Positions 1 to 10,071 of a DNA stretch of 25,382 bases are shown piece by piece. Below the pieces are notes generated by a model. That model was not told where the DNA came from. It worked only from the letters and a program-made list of their open reading frames with translations, and searched no databases. Source of the stretch: Ginkgo biloba (taxonomy: Eukaryota; Plantae; Ginkgophyta); assembly GCA_024626585.2 (NCBI GenBank), contig JANKJI020000002.1, positions 89,053,145 to 89,078,526 on the forward strand, read 5' to 3'. A program made the position numbers and the translations under genes. Numbering within the stretch: the first letter of the stretch is position 1; each line of letters opens with the position of its first letter.

Positions 1-824
1 ACAGGCTTCGTCGATGGACCTTATCTCAAACAGGGCTATTTCATTCTGCAAATAGTGATGAAGACCTCCAATGTACTTCATGAGAACACCAGGTGCATCT
101 TCAGCGATGTCCAACAAAATGGCCTACTTCCGAAAGTCGACCGTGTAGTCTTGAACACCTTGGCCTTGTTTCTTGTGTGAATATTGCCAACGAATTTGCT
201 GTTCTCTTTCATACCCAAGAGGGTAAGATTATTTCTTCAACAACTGCTTAAACTTTTCCGAGTCTGTAACTGGAAGTGCTTTATGATTATGCAATCTTTG
301 GCAATAAGCCTCCCACCAGAGTAGCGCATGTCCCAACATCTTGACCCTAGCAAAGTATATTTTCTACTCATCATTCAACCCTTGACAACCGAAGTAAACT
401 TCTAGGTGTCTTAACCAATTATTTAGCTTCTCTGCATCTACTTGGCCTTCGTACAATGGAATTTCAAGTTTGGCTTTTACCTTGAAAGGTGAAAATTTTT
501 TATTTGTCCTACCCACACCAAACTGATGGGGCATTATCGGTTTCTCTTCAATTTTGTTCGCATGGCCCTTACTAGTCTCTANNNNNNNNNNGAAGAGTCA
601 GGGCCTTCTCTCTTTTCCTGCTCCACCATGATAGTTAAGAGTTGATTCAACAAATTCTGCATACTCTCCATGTTTTCCTCCATTCTAGAAAGACGAGTTG
701 GAAACTCTTGCTCCTTTGAATTGTATGGACACCCCATCCTTGGACGCCTTGATCTTCTATCAAATTCAAGTGGGCCTTGTAGAGGTTCTCCTCCTTCTGC
801 AAACTATCTTTGAGTTTGTGTCAT
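1..824 (-). pseudogene. gag: Ty3/gypsy retrotransposon gag relic (Retrotrans_gag; chromovirus/CRM-like), running off the window edge
   Basis: Manual minus-strand translation: MTQTQR*FAEGGEPLQGP...RLSRMEENMESMQNLLNQLL...(10-N gap)...SPFKVKAKLEIPLYEGQVDAEKLNNWLRHLEVYFGCQGLNDE*KIYFARVKMLGHALLWWEAY...FKQLLKK*SYPLGYE...WQYSHKKQGQGVQDYTVDFRK*AILL...KYIGGL. The IPxYxG, WL..LE.YF, ALLWW, QG..VQDY..F and YIGGL motifs are typical of gag. Four in-frame stops. Confidence 0.9.
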
Positions 825-854
825 GCGCAAGCTTCAATAATCCAAGGTCTTGGA

Positions 855-866
855 GCTCTAACACGA
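855..866 (-). promoter_or_regulatory. Degenerate primer-binding site (tRNA-iMet)
   Basis: Minus strand reads TCGTGTTAGAGC versus the canonical TGGTATCAGAGC (9/12). It lies 3 nt from a CA end (871-870) and about 30 nt upstream of the gag ATG at 824. Confidence 0.65.
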
Positions 867-869
867 AAT

Positions 870-2161
870 TGATCCATATCTCAGTGGACAAGTCAGAATC
901 ATCCAATGTAATTAACTACAAAATCTATTGAAGTAAAAAGATTAAATGCTATTATGTTTGCAAGTGCATGTAGTCCTACTTGAATTTTTGNNNNNNNNNN
1001 NNNNNNNAGAACACAACAAATTGGACACACACACACATACAAGAATTACACAGTCAACTTTTTAACTGGGGAAACCCTCTTGGGGAAAGAAACTCCAGAA
1101 TGGTATTAAGCTTTAACTTAACAAGGATTTACAACTACTATGTCTATGCTTTTGTTCACAAAACACAACCCATAGAGATTTACATAGTAATTCTTCCTAC
1201 AGTGGTGCAAAGTTCTTCTATCTTCACACAGACCCTCTCACACTTCTTGATTCTCCTTGACCTCCTCTTGTCTCCGTCTGAGCGAGTGAATCATCCTCTC
1301 CCCCGTTTTGCTTTTTGTCTTGTCTTTTCATTCCGTTGAGGGCCTCTTCAGTTACCTCCCGTTTGCAGTAGTTGAACCATTTGGAGGCAGTTAAACTGTT
1401 GTCAACTAATTGCTTTAACTCCCTTGTCTTCCATGGGGCCCTTCGTTGGCTGGCATATCGGGCTTTTAGTTTTCAGGGAAATTCCCAGCAAGTCGTCGCT
1501 AGCTTTCTATTTTTCCACCTCCGAACTCTGACATCCGAAGTCTTGAAAAATTGTCAACTTGGTTTTATCCCTTTTCAGGTCCGCAACTCTTCGGGGGTTT
1601 TAACTTGTTGGGACATTGGGTACGTTCCATTATTTTCCTCAAATCTTTGAAATATCCATCAATTGTGGTGTATTCCCTTTTTGGGTCTACAACTCTTCGG
1701 GGTTTTTAACTTGTTGGGACGTTGGGCGAAGGCATTACCTAAGTTCTCCCGAATTTCTAGACTCTGAACTCTAAAAACCAATCAACTAAAAGTTATTCAA
1801 CTTCAGGTCTACGACACATCATGGTTATTTTTAAGGATGTAGCAATGCCTCCTTTATCACCTCCAAAGTTTGAAATGACCATAAACTGAATTTATTTGTT
1901 TTTGGGTCCACGCTAGTTGGGGCTTATGAAAACACACGACGGACTTTGCACTTGTGATTCCCGACCTCCGAACACCCGAAATGCCGATTATTAAGTGTTG
2001 GAAGTAACTTCTTTACGGGGACTCTTCTTACCACCTTCAATCCTTAGCTTCGACCTTCATGATCTCGGTTTGTCTGTAGTTGCATGGATTCTATCTAGTT
2101 TTGACCTCACGTGGATTCAATAAGAACCAATTTAGACCCGCAAATGGATCATGCTCTTACT
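870..2161 (-). mobile_element. Probable 5' LTR of the gag-bearing element (far end lost in a gap)
   Basis: Starts at the CA terminus next to the PBS. It is non-coding, contains degenerate internal repeats (1575-1930) and shares motifs with other LTR-like pieces at 5814-5863 and 15116-15153. The far boundary is not determined. Confidence 0.55.
1575..1727. repeat. Degenerate direct repeat, period about 107 bp
   Basis: ggtccgcaactcttcgggggttttaacttgttgggacattggg (about 1578) versus ggtctacaactcttcggggtttttaacttgttgggacgttggg (about 1684). Weaker echoes near 1805 and 1905. Confidence 0.8.
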
Positions 2162-2261
2162 NNNNNNNNNNNNNNNNNNNNNNNNNNNNNNNNNNNNNNN
2201 NNNNNNNNNNNNNNNNNNNNNNNNNNNNNNNNNNNNNNNNNNNNNNNNNNNNNNNNNNNNN

Positions 2262-2920
2262 AACTCGCACAGAGCTATCACCATCCGCACAATTTAGTGG
2301 TATGAAGTCCACTGGAGACCAGTCTCGAGAAAGGCTCCTTCTCCGGTATACTGTGCTCACCGTGGATCTTCCTCTGTTTTCGATTTGCTCATGAGAACCA
2401 GGGACCTGCACATCAATCCGGTTGTATGTCTTCGTCTCTGTTTGAGAACCAAACGGAAGTGAATCCAAACCTTGGGTTGGCTGAGATGAGATGACTGTAG
2501 CTGCATCAATCAACTCCAACTATTCCTGGGGTGCCAAACTCTGAGCTGGTATTTCATTTTGGGTTGGTGATTCATTGTGTGGCGCTATACCGTTTGCCAG
2601 CTCCTCCGGGCCAAGAACGCTACCTGCGCGGGCTACATAACCCGCGTGGGCTTCCTTACCAATTCCTTCCCCTGCGGGAGGCACCAGGTCGCCCGCAGGC
2701 TCCACCAGATGGCCCTCGCCATCCCCCGATGCACCCCCTCCACCTTCGGGACTTCCATGCCCCGCGTGGGCTCCTATCCCTTGGCCTTCAGGCCCTATGC
2801 GGGTCTCAGACCCCCCGCGCGGGCCTTCTCCACCACCTGCACTAGCTCCCTAGCGCCCCCTGCTCCTGATCTCCCTCCCCCTTGCCCAGCGTCGGTGCGT
2901 CCCATCCCTGTTCGCTCCAT
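2262..2920 (-). pseudogene. GC/CpG-rich, Gly-rich disrupted reading frame of unknown origin (possibly a LINE ORF1 N-terminus)
   Basis: ATG at 2920 gives MERTGMGRTDAGQGGGRSGAGGA. After an inferred frameshift near 2850 it reads GASAGGGEGPRGGSETRIGPEGQGIGAHAGHGSPEGGGGASGDGEGHLVEPAGDL...LAPQE*LELIDAAT...DSSVRV into the gap. Track ORFs 2520-2705 and 2157-2519 are one frame split by a single TAG. No domain recognised. Confidence 0.4.
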
Positions 2921-2969
2921 CTTAAATAGGCATTCTGAGCCCTTCAATTCATTAGCTCTGCATTCTTTG

Positions 2970-3240
2970 AGGTACCTATTTCTTACAGTGATTTTGTTCA
3001 ATGCGCGATAATTAATGCATAATCGCCACACTTAATCCTTTTTGGGGATGAGTAGGATAGGGGAACCACAAGGAGATACATTAGGTTGTATCATGCCTTC
3101 TTTAATGAGTTGGGTATGCTGTCATTCCAACTTGACACTCTCGATAGGTGTTGTCCTATAAACTGATTGGTTGGGTAGGGAAGCCCCTAAAACCAAATCA
3201 ATTGTGTTGAATAGAACGAAGGGGAGGGAGGCCCTTAGGC
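2970..3240 (-). pseudogene. pol: Ty3/gypsy reverse transcriptase N-terminal fragment
   Basis: IDLVLGASLPNQSVYRTTPIESVKLE*QHTQLIKEGMIQPNVSPCGSPILLIPKKD*VWRLCINYRALNKITVRNRYL matches the gypsy RT start (SPxxSPxxLVxKKDGxWRxCxDYRALNKITVKNRYP). Two stops; truncated where PLPRIDDL is expected. Confidence 0.92.
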
Positions 3241-3783
3241 TCATTAAAAACATTAGAGTAATCATCCAAAAGGAATACTTTGAGGGGCGCATGCATTTGG
3301 AGACACGGGGGATTATACTATTCTTTTTGCNNNNNNNNNNNNNNNNNNNNNNNNNNNNNNNNNNNNNNNNNNNNNNNNNNNNNNNNNNNNNNNNNNNNNN
3401 NNNNNNNNNNNNNNNNNNNNNNNNNNNNNNGTGCAAGTACCCTGCTCAATCGGAGTGTATACTTGGGTACCTTGATAAACCCTAAGCTTGGTCCAACATT
3501 TTCTTTAGTACCTTAAGGGTGATTCTCTACATTTAGGCCATCATTCTATTCCAATAGATGACATTTTCTAGCTTCTACTAATATTTGTTTAGCTGTTAGC
3601 ATTCTATTGCATGTATGGTGAGATTCTGAAGGCATTCTTGGAGAGAAAGTACCCTAATTGCTTCTACAGAGGAAGGCCCCCCTTTTGGAAGGGTTTTCTA
3701 AAGGAGCTATGGGCCCAACGACCTTGTAGAAGTGAGTTGCAACCTTTCTAGAGTCGGCGGCCTGATTCTACACTAGCAATGCA

Positions 3784-3843
3784 CATTAAGCTTGGATAAA
3801 GACAACAATCATGCATTAAGCTTGGATATAGACTACGATTGTG
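3784..3843. repeat. 30-bp tandem duplication
   Basis: cattaagcttggataaagacaacaatcatg followed by cattaagcttggatatagactacgattgtg. Confidence 0.85.
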
Positions 3844-4329
3844 ATTGATTTTGTACCTACACTGTGTTTGGCCTTTGTACGAAGGGCATTGAATTCTAAG
3901 AGGCAAAAGTATGACATTTTTTGGTCAAGAAGGCTTCTCCAACCTTCAGATAGTCCAGATCTACTTAGTAAGTCCCTGTTAACGCCTCAATTTGAGTTCA
4001 CCAAGCAAAAACTAGACGAACGAAATGCCAAATCTAAGAGCCCACCAGAGCATAAAAATCTTCAAAAGCCAAGTGAAATATGCATGATGTACCTTATTGA
4101 TCAAGTGTAGACAATACCTGGAGACATATTTTATATAAAAAAATTTGAAGTATGGAGTGTTGGACTTACATCAATCAAGCCCTGCCATCCACAGTAGTTC
4201 CTTAGTGTTTGTGAGCTCCCTAAATGCCTACTTAGGAACTTCTCATAGTCTTCTCTCCAATGCTAGCAAGTTCCCTCTGGGATTAATTTTGTGTGTAGGA
4301 CCCAAGAGAAACCAACATCTCCTGGTGGA

Positions 4330-5556
4330 TCTCACACAGCCCTAAAACTATCAGGATGATCCAGAGGAGGCCCAAGAGGATGCTCAAGTAATAAAGGGAC
4401 CTATAGCTCCTTGTAACCTTTCACTCTCCTAGTGTAATAAAGGACTCAAAGGGCCTAGGACAATGCTTAATAGGCAGGAGCCAATCACTCTCATATATTA
4501 TATAAGAAATCCCTTCCTTAGTGAATAAGGAAGGATAAATCATCCAGGCAGTCAAGAAATTAAAGGTGGAATTGAATTCCATAGACCTAAAAGCATCATT
4601 CAAGATGGAACAATAAGGGAGGATTATGTTGTTCATGGTCCTAGATAAACAAAGAAGGTCCCAGTGCACTTAGGAGGATCCAAATGATCCAAGAGTGACC
4701 AAGATCCTAAAGGGGCCCACGGCATCATTAACAAATAATTCCATCACGTGCGCAGGACAAGTTGCTCCTAGTAGCGTTTCAGGCTCTTGGGGCGTTAAGG
4801 GAGGAAGATGCATCCAAGAGAGTGAGCGGCCCTTTAAGGGACACGCCACGTCACTAAGATTAACCAAAAGCATGTGCATCAAGAGGGACCAAGACGCTCC
4901 ACGGTCCTGGTAGCCTTCCATTGTCCTGGTGCAATAAGGGAGGTTCAAAGGACCCAGGATGGTAGTGCATCCCTTAGGGGGGCATGGTGCTTTTAAGACA
5001 TAAGCGCGTGCACTGAGGGAGAGGTAGAGTCGATCCCGATTGATAAGAAAAATCTAAAGGGTCCAGGAGGCATATGCGTACCAAGGAGTGACATCAACAA
5101 CCAGAACCAAGGATGGCCAGGAGGATCGCTCCTAGTAGCGTTTCACATTCCTTACGCATTAAGGAAAGCTAAAGCATCCAGGAGGTTGCATCACCCTTAA
5201 GGGACCCAACCGCTCTTACATCCTGGACATGAAGGCGTTCCNNNNNNNNNNNNNNNNNNNNNNNNNNNNNNNNNNNNNNNNAAAAAGAGTCTAGGAAGGC
5301 ACACAGCAATAAGGAGGCCCCCACTATGCCATTGGCTAAAGTTGTGGCACTTTCCCCCAAGGGGAAATAAACGACTAGGATGGCTACTCCTGGTAGCGTT
5401 TCACGTTCCTTATGCGCTCAAGAAATAACAAGAATTCATTAAGGTGTGGGTGACTCAAGGGTGCGTATAAGGGACAGTAGGACCATCGAGAAGTCTTCAT
5501 ACCAATCAGAAGATCAATTTGTCGAGGAAGTGACGCACAAGGGCCAAGACTTCGCA
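4330..5556. repeat. Degenerate repeat region with a recurring CTCCT(A/G)GTAGCGTTTCA motif, probably retrotransposon non-coding sequence
   Basis: Motif at 4765-4781, 5129-5145 and 5387-5403, with a degenerate copy at 4905-4921. Two copies are followed by similar ttaagg...gcatcca blocks. No credible ORF. Confidence 0.55.
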
Positions 5557-5656
5557 NNNNNNNNNNNNNNNNNNNNNNNNNNNNNNNNNNNNNNNNNNNN
5601 NNNNNNNNNNNNNNNNNNNNNNNNNNNNNNNNNNNNNNNNNNNNNNNNNNNNNNNN

Positions 5657-6140
5657 TGTCTCACAATGACTCTCTCACACTCTCTGTTTGTGCACTTCTT
5701 GCTGCTTGTCGAACTGTTCATCTTTCCTCTTTGAATAGTTGTGTTCTCCCTTCTCTTGTTCTTCCTACCCATCCTCTGTTCTTCATTTTTCCCTTTTTCC
5801 CCTTCAAATCCATTCAGTTACCATAACCGTTCTTGGCAGTTGAACCGTCTTGAGGTAGCTGAATGGTTTTCGTAATGGTTAAAATGATGGAAAATCTGAA
5901 TTGTTTTATCACAGACGTGCCCAAGAAAAAGCTAGGGTCGGGGAGCCTTTCCATTCCCTTGGTCTCCTTTCTCCTTGGTTGGGTCAAGGAGTGCTATCAC
6001 AGCCAAGACTTGGGTGCATTTCCTTATCCTTGATCGCTTTTTCCTTCGTGGGTGTGTTTTCCTCCCAAGGTTTGCTTTCCTCCCTAGGTCATCCATGTGT
6101 TTGTCCATGTATTTGCTTTGATGTGTTTGTCCATGTATTT
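5657..6140 (-). mobile_element. LTR-like fragment related to the 870-2161 LTR
   Basis: ttcagttaccataaccgttcttggcagttgaaccgtcttgaggtagctgaa (5814-5863) resembles ttcagttacctcccgtttgcagtagttgaaccatttggaggcagttaaa (about 1347-1396). Both follow a ctctcacact-containing pyrimidine tract. Ends with a 20-bp direct repeat (6095-6114 and 6121-6140). Confidence 0.45.
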
Positions 6141-7449
6141 AGTGGCTGGAGGATATTTGAGGAACTCCCTAGACAATCTAAATTGTTATGGATAATCAAT
6201 CTAGAAATTAATGATTTATTTTTTAGAACGAGTAAGGATGGAAGAGTTGTATGAAGTTATTGAACATGATTGCTATAGGGGCAAATCAAATGGCATGATG
6301 GGGTTCATTTTGATGGTCAATTATAGGAAGTTGATCATATCTAGACGATGCAAACTTAGAAGCTGAGGAGGATGACGTGTAGATTGTAGTTCACCCATAA
6401 AAGTTCCCAATCCCACCTACCATCTAGCAACAACAAACTATGAATCAATTGTTGGAGATTGTAAGTTAGAACAATATGTGATCTAACAACCACAAATTGT
6501 GAATAAATCACTATGGGAAGTAATTTAGTCTGTATGTTCCCATAGGTACAACCTATGATCCATCATTTTAGGCAACATGTAACACAATGCATGATATGTA
6601 GAGGGAGCAACAAACCAATTTGAGGTCAAACTTGAGAAAAATATGTTCAATTTTGGTTGAAGGTCCAAAAGTAAATATTTGTAGCATTTATTAATAAATT
6701 TAAAACAAGACTAAGATCATGGAAAATAGAGTTGTGGTTTGAAAGTTATAATGAAAATAATGATAGTAGAAAAGTACATTATTCTTCTACCAGGGCTAGA
6801 ATTTTAGAGCTGCTAGGGATAAACTTCCAACTCACCTCCTGAAAACTTTTGATTTAGTGCCATTGCTTTTAAAATGGGGGTAATACTTTAACTTTTATGT
6901 TTAAAAATTTAAGTTATATAGTACTCTTACTTTGGTTATAGAAAATATTCTCTTTGTCATATACTTGGTCATTAACATAGAAGGTTGAGGAGCAAGGAAG
7001 ACATCTAAATGATATTTTTCAGTTATCTTTGTTTTCTTTTCATATTAGTAGTTTGTTGTGTAATCTCATGCTTCTAAGCAATATTTTTAATCCATTTTAT
7101 GGGCATCCAANNNNNNNNNNNNNNNNNNNNNNNNNNNNNNNNNNNNNNNNNNNNNNNNNNNNNNNNNNNNNNNNNNNNNNNNNNNNNNNNNNNNNNNNNN
7201 NNNNNNNNNNTCAAGCATCCAGTCTAGTACCCTTCTAAGACTCAAAGCAGTGGGGCATATTACAAACCAACAAAATCACGGATTTAGTTTCATCATAATA
7301 AGTGGTGGATGGCACACGGCTAGATCCTCCTACTTTGGCAAAAGGCGATGGGCTTGTTGAGGAACCTGGCAAATTTCTAGAGAGTACACCTCCTTAGTGT
7401 ATGAAGAACGGAGAGCAAATCTCCTCCAACATGTGCACTTGTAGAAGAT

Positions 7450-8770
7450 GGGAAATTAAATCTTATCAGGACAACTAAAGGTAAAAAAATTAAATTGGCA
7501 TGAAAAAGGTTAAAACACCCAAAGCATATCATGATAGGGGATTTCTTAGGATGTTCATATGGCTATTCAGAATTATCATGATGTATTTGGGACTTCCATC
7601 TTTAAGGACTTGAAGGGAATTCCACCTTTAAGGACTTGAAGGGAATTCCACCTAATATCAAACTCCCATAAAAATAAATCTATTGAAGAAGTTGAATTAG
7701 TTTGTTAGTGTCCTTATCAATTGAATCATTTAAAGTTCAAGTAAAAAACAAAACTGCTATGATTCTTCAAGTAGTAGACATTTATGTGGTTGATTACAGT
7801 GAATGGTTTAGTCCTATTGTGGTAGTTAAAATGAAGAATAGTAAGATGTGTTTTTTGTTTGATTATTGGTATTTAATTTTTGTTGATTATTGGGAATTAA
7901 ATAAAGTAACAAAGTGGAGTCTATTTGTAGTACCTTTTATAGAAGATTTATAAGAGAAAGTTGTAAGAGATGATTTGTATACTTTTATAAATAGATTCAA
8001 TGAATATAATCAAGTTAGCATTTCTGTAAAGGATTACTTAAAGACAACATTTGCCTTTGAATGTTGGACATATGCTTACTTTGTTATGCCTTTTGCGCTA
8101 ACAAATGTGCTAGTGACATTTCAACTCATTTTTTAGTGTTTTTAAAGAAATGATTGGAAATAGAGGTGTTTTTGAATGACTGGATACTATATGGTATTTT
8201 TCAAAACCACATAAATAACATTGGAGATATCTTGTAACCTCACTCTTCTACAAAATGAAGTTATTTTTAAATTTGGTAAAGGTTATTTTCTAAATACCAT
8301 TTGGGACTCTTCTGGGTCACATCGTTGCTATGGAAGGTTTTTTGTGTGATCCTAGTCATGCATGAATTATCTTGGCTTAGCTAATACCAAAGAATTTGAA
8401 GGAAACTAAGAGTTTTTATGACATTACATGATGCTTTCAGAAGTTTATTAAAAGTTTTGTTGAGATTTCATTACCATTGGAGGCATTGTTGAAGAAAGGG
8501 ATTCTTTGGAACTAGAATCAAGGCCACAAACACATATTGAAACCCTTGAAGATGAAAGTAACTACTAATATTATTGTGAAATTTCTATATTGGGGAAGGC
8601 CTTTTCATGCCCATGTGGATGTGTCATTGTTTGCCATTGGTTGTGTGTTGCTTCAACCTTCTGACAACAAAGTTGATCATTTAGTTTATTTTGCAACTCA
8701 GAATTTTACACTTTTTGAGAAAACTACATTGTTACAAACAAAAAGGGTTGGGGTGGTGTATGCTATAGAG
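7450..8770 (+). pseudogene. pol: Decayed Ty3/gypsy pol (RT and RNase H), non-chromovirus Athila/Tat-like
   Basis: Ordered motifs across stops and frameshifts: YHDVF..KDLKGIPP; SEWFSPIVVV; VDYWELNKVT; PFIEDL*EKV..DLYTFINRFNEYNQVSI..D.LKTTF; YFVMPFALTN..TFQ; EVFLNDW (8163-8183, the YxDD position); LLGHIV..EG..CDP; PKNLKETKSF; KFIKSFVEISLPLEALLKK; RNase H PFHAHVDVSLFAIGCVLLQP...DHLVYFA. Confidence 0.93.
7600..7651. repeat. Perfect 26-bp tandem duplication inside pol
   Basis: ctttaaggacttgaagggaattccac occurs twice (7600-7625 and 7626-7651). Confidence 0.95.
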
Positions 8771-9947
8771 TCAATGCTTATGGTGCTTTGTTGTTATGTT
8801 GAAGAAATATGATTGCAATGTTATTGGCATACTAGGCGATGACATATGAATGGTTATGAGTCTTATGACATATTGACATGATCATGTCTCAGTGTTTCCT
8901 ATTGATTCATTGCTACATAATTCAATTGGTTTATGGGTGTCATCATCAAATATAAGATCCTCCAAGAAATGGGTATTATTCTCACCATTCCAAGTTGTTG
9001 AGATTTCCAATTCTTATGGACAAAGACTTCTTGCTATGCATTTTTTTCCTCTCATATCAACAACAACCTCAATATATCCGCATTATTCTTCTCTTATTAT
9101 ATCAACCATCATGTTTAACCTAGCACAGATCTCCATGTTGATGTTAGAGTGAGTGAGGCTTTAATTCTACCTTGCTAATGGTATATCTTTTAACCTTATG
9201 GTTCTTGAAAAATATACTTATTGATTATGAAGATTAAAGATGAGCAAAAAGCATAAGAATAGGTTATTTATCTAGTTCCATTCTTTGAGAAATTNNNNNN
9301 NNNNNNNNNNNNNNNNNNNNNNNNNNNNNNNNNNNNNNNNNNNNNNNNNNNNNNNNNNNNNNNNNNNNNNNNNNNNNNNNNNNNNNNNNNNNNNNNNNNN
9401 NNNNNNNNNNNNNNNNNNNNNNNNNNNNNNNNNNNNNNNNNNNNNNNNNNNNNNNNNNNNNNNNNNNNNNNNNNNNNNNNNNNNNNNNNNNNNNNNNNNN
9501 NNNNNNNNNNNNNNNNNNNNNNNNNNNNNNNNNNNNNNNNNNNNNNNNNNNNNNNNNNNNNNNNNNNNNNNNNNNNNNNNNNNNNNNNNNNNNNNNNNNN
9601 NNNNNNNNNNNNNNNNNNNNNNNNNNNNNNNNNNNNNNNNNNNNNNNNNNNNNNNNNNNNNNNNNNNNNNNNNNNNNNNNNNNNNNNNNNNNNNNNNNNN
9701 NNNNNNNNNNNNNNNNNNNNNNNNNNNNNNNNNNNNNNNNNNNNNNNNNNNNNNNNNNNNNNNNNNNNNNNNNNNNNNNNNNNNNNNNNNNNNNNNNNNN
9801 NNNNNNNNNNNNNNNNNNNNNNNNNNNNNNNNNNNNNNNNNNNNNNNNNNNNNNNNNNNNNNNNNNNNNNNNNNNNNNNNNNNNNNNNNNNNNNNNNNNN
9901 NNNNNNNNNNNNNNNNNNNNNNNNNNNNNNNNNNNNNNNNNNNNNNN

Positions 9948-10071
9948 GTTTAAAGGGCATTAGTTGTTGAATGGTTGCTAGAAGACAAAGGATAATTGGA
10001 AGTTGAAAGGTCACGAAAAGTTGAAAGGTCATCAAAAGTTGAAGGGTCACTAAAAGTTGAAAAGTCATAGT
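9948..10071. repeat. 18-bp minisatellite next to a long gap
   Basis: aagttgaaaggtcacgaa / aagttgaaaggtcatcaa / aagttgaagggtcactaa / aagttgaaaagtcatagt (10000-10071), plus about three more degenerate in-register units upstream. Confidence 0.85.

Noticed and set aside
2531-3011. Pro-rich plus-strand ORFs 2531-2845 and 2577-3011
   Set aside because: Best explained as antisense shadows of the GC-rich minus-strand frame. One crosses the RT junction. No recognisable domain.
2795-3031. 78-aa ORF as a real RT fusion protein
   Set aside because: It is chance read-through across the breakpoint of an RT fragment that already contains stops.
1-3240. gag and the RT fragment as one element
   Set aside because: On the minus strand the RT lies upstream of the LTR and gag, which is the wrong order, and a 100-N gap separates them.
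6560-6800. Possible retroviral-type aspartic protease relic (QHVTQCMICRGSN)
   Set aside because: The catalytic Asp is absent and no convincing downstream LGRPW-like motif is present.
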